Below, piece after piece: positions 57,182 to 64,000 of a DNA stretch of 64,000 bases. Under the pieces are notes generated by a model. That model was given only the letters and a program-made list of their open reading frames with translations, had not been told where the DNA came from and searched no databases. Made by a program: the position numbers and the translations under genes. Source of the DNA: Escherichia virus TH35; sequence record MT446408.1. The stretch is one strand, 5' to 3'. How positions within the stretch are numbered: the first letter of the stretch is position 1; each line of letters opens with the position of its first letter.

Positions 57182-57525
57182 ACATTCTCCACGGGTCGAC
57201 GGATGAGTTTGCGTAATCCTTCGGGCCATACCTTCTTGATCACGGCTTTCGCTGGGCTGGATGAAAGTTTCTTCAGCTTCAATAGGACACATCCTTCATC
57301 ATCGTTCGGTTGTACCTGGATAACGACGCGCGCTTGTCGGTCGATGACCATGACATCGCCAATGCGAATGTCTTTTACCAACACGCCCATCTCCTTCGTG
57401 CCGGATACGCCGTTGATGTGATCAAAACCTTTTCGCAGCGACTTCACTCTTTCTTCTCCTGCCATTTCTCTGACACGTTTCTTAATCTCTGCGCCAAACA
57501 ACACTTCGTCTTTAACATGAGCCAT
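57178..57525 (-). CDS. Hypothetical protein (115 aa)
   Basis: ORF track. Confidence 0.5.
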   Translation of the reverse strand: MAHVKDEVLFGAEIKKRVREMAGEERVKSLRKGFDHINGVSGTKEMGVLVKDIRIGDVMVIDRQARVVIQVQPNDDEGCVLLKLKKLSSSPAKAVIKKVWPEGLRKLIRRPVENV

Positions 57526-58006
57526 GGTCGAGTACCTTATAAAGAGTGCAAGAAGGACTGTTGAATTCCCTTAATGCGTAAGCCACGTTCAAGCTGCCAG
57601 GTTCTTTCTTTGCGTTTGTCACTTCCATGTGTTGGCAGCCGTTTATACTGTATCGTCTTACTACAACAGCATTGAAAATCTGACTGCCGTAATAGACGCA
57701 GACGATAACATCACCGACTTCTATTTTATCAGCCGGAACAGGCTTAAGGCGCGGCTTTTTATCAACATAAGTCTTGATAGGAGCTTGTACGCAACGAGAT
57801 TGATGGTAAATAGGTCTTGTTGCACCCTTGACGTTGCGCTTCAGCAATTCATCAATGGCATAGTCAACATCATCACTTTCGAACTGCTTCATAATGAAGC
57901 CTCTTACCTTTACGCGAAGTTTAACATCTGCTTCTGCACGTCTCAATGCGTGTAAAATTTCTTTAGCTTCTTCTTTCTTTAACATTAAAGGGCGATGGAT
58001 GATCAT
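57512..58006 (-). CDS. Hypothetical protein (164 aa)
   Basis: ORF track; RBS AGAGGT upstream. Confidence 0.55.
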   Translation of the reverse strand: MIIHRPLMLKKEEAKEILHALRRAEADVKLRVKVRGFIMKQFESDDVDYAIDELLKRNVKGATRPIYHQSRCVQAPIKTYVDKKPRLKPVPADKIEVGDVIVCVYYGSQIFNAVVVRRYSINGCQHMEVTNAKKEPGSLNVAYALREFNSPSCTLYKVLDHGSC

Positions 58007-58008
58007 AA

Positions 58009-58164
58009 TTAACCTCTGATTTGTGACACAAAACGTTTATAATGTTCTTTGGCTAGGACGCGTGCACGCTCTTTCGTATGGCCGCTGGCTTCAAGTACGC
58101 GACGAAGCTGCTTGATTGCATCCGCCTTACTGATTTTATTATCGCTAAATTGATATTTATTCAT
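58009..58164 (-). CDS. Small helical protein (51 aa), not in ORF track
   Basis: ATG 58164 overlapping upstream stop (ATGA); hand translation MNKYQFSDNKISKADAIKQLRRVLEASGHTKERARVLAKEHYKRFVSQIRG. Confidence 0.4.
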   Translation of the reverse strand: MNKYQFSDNKISKADAIKQLRRVLEASGHTKERARVLAKEHYKRFVSQIRG

Positions 58165-58382
58165 GCTTCACAAGCCGCCTTAATTTGACGTGGAGTAACG
58201 ATGACCACTTCACCAACCATTGACTTGTCATCTTCTTTTACTGTATCGATTCTTACACGGTAATGATTGCGACCGCGAGAATCGGTAAGGTATTCATCCA
58301 GCTCAAGGATGGTGCCCGCACGCATGTGCTGTCCTGACACCCAACGGATACGGTCGCCAGCCTTAAGGGTTTTCTTGCTCAT
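58161..58382 (-). CDS. Hypothetical protein (73 aa)
   Basis: ORF track 58161-58547; start moved to internal ATG 58382 because upstream part overlaps 58390-58668 out of frame. Confidence 0.45.
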   Translation of the reverse strand: MSKKTLKAGDRIRWVSGQHMRAGTILELDEYLTDSRGRNHYRVRIDTVKEDDKSMVGEVVIVTPRQIKAACEA

Positions 58383-58389
58383 CTTCAAC

Positions 58390-58668
58390 TCACTTATAAT
58401 ATTTAAACATTGCCGCGCAGAAGTCTTGCATGGCATTCTTAATGTGCTTCTTAAACAACGGGTCGTGCATATTTTCGACATTGGTCTTGAGTCGCACATG
58501 ACCGACGACCTCAAACGCAGTCGCTGGCATAGGTTCATAGATGTCATAATCGTTCAAGATTATATCGATATTTGGATTGGAAATCACGCAATAGTTTTTA
58601 CCAGCAGTAAATTGGTCATCAATGGATGATGTGCACTTGACAAAGAACACTTTGTATGTAGTAATCAT
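58390..58668 (-). CDS. Hypothetical protein (92 aa)
   Basis: ORF track. Confidence 0.55.
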   Translation of the reverse strand: MITTYKVFFVKCTSSIDDQFTAGKNYCVISNPNIDIILNDYDIYEPMPATAFEVVGHVRLKTNVENMHDPLFKKHIKNAMQDFCAAMFKYYK

Positions 58669-58874
58669 AGCGAGTCCTTCGGGCCGCAGTAGCGCCCGTC
58701 CAGGTAGCGGTCGTATTGGATTAAAGCGAATGTCTTCAATGAAAGGTTACGGCGCTTAAACAGGTGACCCGTTGATGGATTCTGCTCGTGCGCCGTTGGA
58801 TAAAGGCGTGACAGGTAGTGGATGAGGACTTGTAAAGCCCTACGTTGCTTTGTTATTCTCCCTTGTGTATTCAT
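58665..58874 (-). CDS. Hypothetical protein (69 aa)
   Basis: ORF track; weak RBS. Confidence 0.4.
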   Translation of the reverse strand: MNTQGRITKQRRALQVLIHYLSRLYPTAHEQNPSTGHLFKRRNLSLKTFALIQYDRYLDGRYCGPKDSL

Positions 58875-59064
58875 GGCTGAATCTACCCTCTGTCAATATC
58901 CGGTCGTGGATAACTATACCAGTACAGCGCAGGCGGTTAGCATTGCTTCGCGCCTTTGCTGCTTGATGAGGATTGAACAAGCCGAACAAACTAGCCTTAA
59001 AAGCAAACTGGTAATATTTGATTAAGGTACTAAGTGCTAACTCAATCCTGTCTAAATTAATCAT
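58840..59064 (-). CDS. Hypothetical protein (74 aa)
   Basis: ORF track; strong RBS GAGGTGA upstream of ATG 59064. Confidence 0.5.
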   Translation of the reverse strand: MINLDRIELALSTLIKYYQFAFKASLFGLFNPHQAAKARSNANRLRCTGIVIHDRILTEGRFSHEYTRENNKAT

Positions 59065-59103
59065 AATATCACCTCGTCAGAAAAGCAAATATTTTGATGA
59101 TGA

Positions 59104-59751
59104 TTATCCTGTGGCCTGCATATTGCGTACATACTTCTGCTCTAATGAATAGATGAAGTCGGCGACAGTCAATCCCTTCGTGTGCCATTCATACATGGTG
59201 AAGCCTGTATTCAGGAAATAGCCGCGCACCTTGTCCATCGCTTCAGCTTCCTCCAGTGAAGCCATCAGCGCGGCGACGTTGTCATAAGAAGGTACAAATC
59301 CCTTCTTGCGTAGCGCATTGCGCAAATCTTTAGTTCTGAAGCCAATCTTGCAAGGGTCATCGCGGCCCGTGGATGATGCAACCTTTGGAAGAGCAAGGAA
59401 CTCTTTGAGGAACATTGCAATGTTCAAGTCGCCTGCATCATCAAGCTTCTGGATTCGGTTGCGACCGCGACCCTTGAATTCACTCGCACGAGGGTGAGCG
59501 CCAAAACAGTGCGCCCCTTCCAGTTTAGGGTCAATGATCATCACATCTTTCCCAATGCGCAGCTCTACGTAGTAAAGATAAGACTCATCGACAAGCTTTG
59601 TGCGCTTGCAAGTGATTGAGTCCTTATCATAACCAAAGCCGCGCAACACGGTTGAGATCATTCGGTTCATTTCTTCGCCGTGAACGTCACTTTCTTTGTT
59701 CAGTTCACCAAGATGTTGAAAGAATTTAGCGATGTTGATTGCTTTATTCAT
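59104..59751 (-). CDS. Hypothetical protein (215 aa)
   Basis: ORF track. Confidence 0.6.
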   Translation of the reverse strand: MNKAINIAKFFQHLGELNKESDVHGEEMNRMISTVLRGFGYDKDSITCKRTKLVDESYLYYVELRIGKDVMIIDPKLEGAHCFGAHPRASEFKGRGRNRIQKLDDAGDLNIAMFLKEFLALPKVASSTGRDDPCKIGFRTKDLRNALRKKGFVPSYDNVAALMASLEEAEAMDKVRGYFLNTGFTMYEWHTKGLTVADFIYSLEQKYVRNMQATG

Positions 59752-61421
59752 CAGAATTCATCCTTATCTCTTCCCAAAGAACGTTTACGCTCAATAACCT
59801 TCTTCAAGAATTCAATATCTTCAGGGTCAGACTCATCGCGGATAAGATACGCTAAGATGGTCATCAAATCAGAAATGTATTCTCCTGCTTCATTCTTAAT
59901 CAGCGGCGTAAAGTACCCGCGCTGGTTGCGATAGGTTGCAGGCTCAAAACCAAGCTTCGACATGTGCGGCGCAAGGGTACGTGAGAAAGGCGACTTGCCG
60001 CACTTAGCTCTGAAGCCCATAGCGATTGCACCACTAGTGATGTGCCAGCGTCCGCTGTGATGTCGGTCATAAGGCGCGGTAATGATGACTTCAACAAGGT
60101 CGTTGTCGACCATCTCATCACGGATAACGCCGCGAGCGCGTTCCATTTCGTTCTTACTGAACTCAGTAAGCATACGAGATGTTTCACCAACAAAGGCATT
60201 GTAACCTGCTTCACCGTGCTTCTCCATCCACGCAGCGCACTCAGCCATCAGTTGCCAAACGTCTTCTTTCAAAGTGGAAAGGTCAGCTTGGAAGTCTTTA
60301 GACCAGTTCGGTTGCCCGTCCTTGTCAGCAAGTTGTCCAACAAAGATAGGGTACACACGACGGTTGCCCGTGTCGTCACGCTGCATACCTGCGTATTCGT
60401 TGCCGTCCATGATAGCAATCCACTGGCGTGGTTTAACCTGCGTGTCTTCAAATTTGAAGTCCAGGTCATCTTCCGTCTTAGTCAGGAATGCTTTCATGTT
60501 TTCGATGTCAGCCTTTTTAAAGCCTGTCATCTCGCCAACGTTCGCGATAATTGAGCGACCCGTAATAGCTCGCAAGAACGGGTTGAAGTTCTGCGCGGCC
60601 AAGTTCAACGGAATCGGTGTTGCGTGGCGGTCGTTCATAATAGCTTCGCAAAGTAGCTTACTAAAATAACTCTTCCCTGCGTTCTGGCCGCCGATGAGCG
60701 CAATGGAGATTGGCGCTTGACAGCCAGGGTTGGTCAGGCGGTTATAGAGCGATAGCCAAAAATACACACCGATTTGTCGGTTTAACTCTGTATCGAACGG
60801 TCGGAATAGCTCGATAAGGTATTTCTCAATGCGCGCAGTACCGTCCCATTCAGGCAGCTTCTTGTAGAAGAAGTCCATCAGGTCATCGCGCTGATAACGC
60901 ATGGCCCATTCCTTATAGGATTGAGCGACCTGACGTGAGTTTGGGTTGGACAGGCCTGCTGCGTCGACAGCGGCAACTATCTCTGTGACTTCCAACGTCC
61001 GGTCGGTGAATGTTTCTCCGCGATGGTCGACTAAGCGTCCACGAAAAGTATCTTTGTGAGGGAATGGGACAATGCCGCTTCCCTTATCAAACAACGCGTC
61101 GAAAACCGCATAACGGTTCATGTCACTCGTCCGGTCCGCCTGAAGAACAAAATCATCTTTCGTCGGTTTGTAGTGAGGGAACTTGATTACCTGAAGTGAG
61201 GCGAGCAAACGTGCTCTTTCAACCAAGTCTTCTTCACCGTAGCATTCCATGCGCTCTGCATCTTTCTCAACAGCCTTATGCTGGAGGCTGATTTTAGCTC
61301 TGGCGCCTTGCTGCTCTGCCGCTTGCATTTCTTCTGAAACACCAGCGTCTTGAATTTCGTCAAAGATTGCACCAAATTCATCACCTGTATCCTCTGGAAG
61401 ATTGTCATGTTCAATTGACAT
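59751..61421 (-). CDS. P-loop NTPase of the primase-associated D5/VirE-like helicase type
   Basis: ORF track 556 aa; Walker A IALIGGQNAGKS; directly downstream of primase gene cluster. Confidence 0.55.
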   Translation of the reverse strand: MSIEHDNLPEDTGDEFGAIFDEIQDAGVSEEMQAAEQQGARAKISLQHKAVEKDAERMECYGEEDLVERARLLASLQVIKFPHYKPTKDDFVLQADRTSDMNRYAVFDALFDKGSGIVPFPHKDTFRGRLVDHRGETFTDRTLEVTEIVAAVDAAGLSNPNSRQVAQSYKEWAMRYQRDDLMDFFYKKLPEWDGTARIEKYLIELFRPFDTELNRQIGVYFWLSLYNRLTNPGCQAPISIALIGGQNAGKSYFSKLLCEAIMNDRHATPIPLNLAAQNFNPFLRAITGRSIIANVGEMTGFKKADIENMKAFLTKTEDDLDFKFEDTQVKPRQWIAIMDGNEYAGMQRDDTGNRRVYPIFVGQLADKDGQPNWSKDFQADLSTLKEDVWQLMAECAAWMEKHGEAGYNAFVGETSRMLTEFSKNEMERARGVIRDEMVDNDLVEVIITAPYDRHHSGRWHITSGAIAMGFRAKCGKSPFSRTLAPHMSKLGFEPATYRNQRGYFTPLIKNEAGEYISDLMTILAYLIRDESDPEDIEFLKKVIERKRSLGRDKDEF

Positions 61422-61557
61422 TTAATCCTCCTGATACGGCTTTGTTATATTGTTGCATGGATATATCCTTTCAGGGTGCGGTAAATAAACGCCAGAAATC
61501 TGGCGTTGTATATTAATATAGTAAAACTCAGTTTAAAGCAATATAACTGGTGAACTA

Positions 61558-61848
61558 TCAACAAGGAAATTGGTCAGCGTATGCCTTTCTCAATTTGTTT
61601 ACTGACTGAACAGAATGAAGGTATTGGCAATCGGTGAAGATGCGGCGCAAACAATCCATAGAAGACAGGTCATCGTTAGTAACCACCAGAATCTCTTCAG
61701 AAGGGCAACCAGCTTCTTTGGCAATCTCATTAAGATTTGAGCCATTAATTTCTTCAACACGTTTCACCTCATCGATACCGTAAACATCAACGGCAACTTC
61801 GATGTCGTCATCGCTGATATTCTCACCATAAAGAATTACAATATTCAT
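61558..61848 (-). CDS. Hypothetical acidic protein (96 aa)
   Basis: ORF track. Confidence 0.5.
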   Translation of the reverse strand: MNIVILYGENISDDDIEVAVDVYGIDEVKRVEEINGSNLNEIAKEAGCPSEEILVVTNDDLSSMDCLRRIFTDCQYLHSVQSVNKLRKAYADQFPC

Positions 61849-61967
61849 TTACTCACCCCTGCCAAATAATATGCCATATCCAATACATATAATAGCCCCA
61901 GGATGATTACAAGGGAAATGATTAATGTGTATTTCTTTACGGCTTTCATATGTATCTATACCTAAAT

Positions 61968-62231
61968 TTACTGTTGAGGATCACCGATGGAGTTTGTCGC
62001 ATCCCATTCAACGCGTGCTGAACGTTCTGCTGGTGGACAACCTTCTCCTGCGTAAAGCTCCACCACGCCTTCGTGAGAGCAGCACTGGCACTCTACAAGG
62101 TCGCCGTCCTCCCAGGCACCTTCCTCTGCACTACGATGCTGCCGCACCTTGATCACATCGCTCGCACAGTTAGGACAAGTCGAAAGACTGCTTGTGACGT
62201 TCCAAATAAACTCGTTGCGGAAAGCGCCCAT
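61968..62231 (-). CDS. Zinc-ribbon protein (about 87 aa)
   Basis: ORF track 61968-62282; start moved to internal ATG 62231; CPNC ... CQCC cysteine pairs. Confidence 0.45.
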   Translation of the reverse strand: MGAFRNEFIWNVTSSLSTCPNCASDVIKVRQHRSAEEGAWEDGDLVECQCCSHEGVVELYAGEGCPPAERSARVEWDATNSIGDPQQ

Positions 62232-62232
62232 G

Positions 62233-62523
62233 CTACACCTCTTGATCTCGCTGTTGTTGAATTGCGGCTGCGGCTTCTTCAAAATTTACTGGCTCAACGG
62301 TGAATGTTGCACTGACAGTAAATTTGTTGATCGTCAGCAAAGTATTGAAACGCTCTGCATTCAGATTCATCGCTACGTGCGTCGACACATTAAGGATTGC
62401 GCCAACGACTTCTTCAACTGCATAGCCTTTAAACAGAGGAAGAATTTCATTGACAAGCTTAAGCTCGTTCTCCACGCGAAGTTTTTGCGCTTCTTCAGGA
62501 GTCATCATTTTTGGTTCGTTCAT
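62233..62523 (-). CDS. Hypothetical protein (96 aa)
   Basis: ORF track. Confidence 0.55.
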   Translation of the reverse strand: MNEPKMMTPEEAQKLRVENELKLVNEILPLFKGYAVEEVVGAILNVSTHVAMNLNAERFNTLLTINKFTVSATFTVEPVNFEEAAAAIQQQRDQEV

Positions 62524-62526
62524 TTT

Positions 62527-62673
62527 TTATTCCTTAACAAATTCAAAGTAGTGTTTGGCCGCAGCCGATTGGTGGTGAGCCATGACACCTTCAAGGGTGG
62601 GAAGCTCTACGTGCTTAGGTTCTAACGAATTTAACAGACCTTCAAGCTCGATGTTCAATTCTTCGCTTTGCAT
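62527..62673 (-). CDS. Small acidic protein (48 aa), not in ORF track
   Basis: ATG 62673 with strong RBS AGAGGTGA; hand translation MQSEELNIELEGLLNSLEPKHVELPTLEGVMAHHQSAAAKHYFEFVKE. Confidence 0.45.
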   Translation of the reverse strand: MQSEELNIELEGLLNSLEPKHVELPTLEGVMAHHQSAAAKHYFEFVKE

Positions 62674-62731
62674 AGATCACCTCTGCTTCAGTTCATAAAA
62701 TGATTATAGTTGCTAGAAAAATAAAAGCAAA

Positions 62732-63814
62732 CTATTTTATGCCACCTGCGCGACGATTTATCATATCAAGTTGATTCTCAATATAAGGCATGACTACTGC
62801 TTCAACAAAAGCGGTCCAGCCTTTCTTGCCTTCCCCTTTCCGGTGACAGTCGTGAGCACAACCGAAAACGAATTCATGTTCAGCACCAGGGATGGGGCCG
62901 CGAAAATAAGCGCCGTATGGGTCGCCGTTGGTGTGCTCTTCACCCCAAGGGCAAATGATTCGGCATTTACCTGACATGTTTTCAACCACATCGCCATCAG
63001 ACCCTTCGCCCATCTTATTGCGCGCAAGGATTTGCTGGGCTATCTTATACCAAACAGCATCATATTTGTATTCGTCAACGTCGATTTGAATTTCACGCTT
63101 TTGCGGCATAACGACGTGGAAACCGAAGGCTTGGCAAATCTCTTCGATTGTGTAGCGCAAAGAATAGTCTGCATGGACAAGTCGGCAGCGGAACGGGTCG
63201 CCGTTCTCATCGACATATTTATAGGGGCCGTCGTGAGTCACGCGCTTGTTGTTGATGCACCCAGGAACACGGCCCACGCGCGTCACGTCTTTAATCGTAT
63301 TGTCGCCGCCCTTCTTGAGTACCATGTTTACGAAAGACCCAAGGAATGCTTTGAACTGAATAAGATGGTCAATTGGCTCTTTAAAGAAATACCACAGCTG
63401 GTGGTTGTTCGGCGAAGTCTCAACGATGACGGTTGGCTTCAGACGCTCGAAAAAGAACTCCAAATCTAAATCGCCTTTAGACCCTTTACCGTGACCGATG
63501 TCGTCGACCATCATCGCCATGCCATGACCAAAGGCCGATTCCGTGCGCCAGTATCGCATCTCGCCTGTCTTTGGGTTGGGAGACTTACGCATTGAACTTA
63601 TGCAGGCGTAACCGTTCTGATGTTGCATCAGCGGCTTGCCAAGCTTCCAAGGCTTAGGCCAGAAGCTGCTGTTAATCTTTTTGCCGCGCTCGTCGGTCTG
63701 CACCGTTGCTTCAGGCGCAAACACGGTCATGACGCGTTCATCTTCTGGAATGCCTCTTTGGAGTTCCGTCAAAAACTCTTCGATTATTTTTGCTTCTTCT
63801 CTTAAACTAGCCAT
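62732..63814 (-). CDS. Archaeo-eukaryotic-type primase (primase-polymerase-like) with C-terminal zinc-binding region
   Basis: ORF track 360 aa; AEP-like motifs MMVDDIGHG, ETSPNNHQLW, RVGRVPGCINNK; Cys/His cluster CPWGEEH ... FGCAHDCH. Confidence 0.65.
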   Translation of the reverse strand: MASLREEAKIIEEFLTELQRGIPEDERVMTVFAPEATVQTDERGKKINSSFWPKPWKLGKPLMQHQNGYACISSMRKSPNPKTGEMRYWRTESAFGHGMAMMVDDIGHGKGSKGDLDLEFFFERLKPTVIVETSPNNHQLWYFFKEPIDHLIQFKAFLGSFVNMVLKKGGDNTIKDVTRVGRVPGCINNKRVTHDGPYKYVDENGDPFRCRLVHADYSLRYTIEEICQAFGFHVVMPQKREIQIDVDEYKYDAVWYKIAQQILARNKMGEGSDGDVVENMSGKCRIICPWGEEHTNGDPYGAYFRGPIPGAEHEFVFGCAHDCHRKGEGKKGWTAFVEAVVMPYIENQLDMINRRAGGIK

Positions 63815-64000
63815 CTTTCTTTCCTTCGGTGATCAATACCTGCAGTATAATATTGAGTGATACAAAGTCAACAATATTTACCATTTAGTTCACAATTTCG
63901 ATTTACTTTGCTTTATACTATATCTGCAATTATACTATCAGAAAATATTTCCGCACTAACAAAGGTCGCCTGAAATGAACGAAAAAGAGACGAAGCAACG

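Noticed and set aside
1-64000. Lysogeny module, integrase, transposase, tRNA or rRNA genes
   Set aside because: No recombinase-like ORF, no cloverleaf-compatible sequences and no rRNA-like segments were recognised by eye anywhere in the window

Overview
This 64-kb window reads as one contiguous segment of a tailed dsDNA bacteriophage genome; no host chromosomal genes, tRNAs, rRNAs, CRISPR arrays, integrase or transposase were recognised. All calls are by eye from the sequence and ORF track; no searches were run. Layout: (1) 193-12879 on +, nucleotide-metabolism and replication genes (HAD-like phosphatase, SDR oxidoreductase, DnaQ-like exonuclease, DnaE-like Pol III alpha, VRR-NUC nuclease, SNF2 helicase, MazG-like, ATP-dependent ligase) plus an embedded Rz/Rz1-like spanin pair; (2) 12905-41462 on -, a GH19 endolysin and the late structural block (tail fibers, baseplate, tape measure with SLT domain, paralogous tube proteins, sheath, neck, major capsid, scaffold/protease, MuF-like protein, portal, large terminase), i.e. 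a contractile-tail virion; (3) 41582-47049 on +, small genes and a second tail fiber with a C-terminal S74-type chaperone; (4) 47100-50600, a compositionally distinct accessory region; (5) 50094-63814 on -, many small early genes ending in a D5/VirE-like NTPase and an AEP-type primase. A lipobox-bearing embedded o-spanin implies a Gram-negative host. The strongest candidates for something undescribed are in region 4: a cassette of three paralogous, strongly acidic ~95-100 aa proteins, each with its own sigma70-like promoter and a conserved 5' leader hairpin showing compensatory changes, and a dense array of about 13 ATAGTGCAAAT motifs. Other notable signals are twin iteron/AT-rich elements at 34.6 kb and 50.9 kb and an inorganic-pyrophosphatase signature at the C-terminus of the portal protein. 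Coordinates of short noncoding features are approximate to a few bp.
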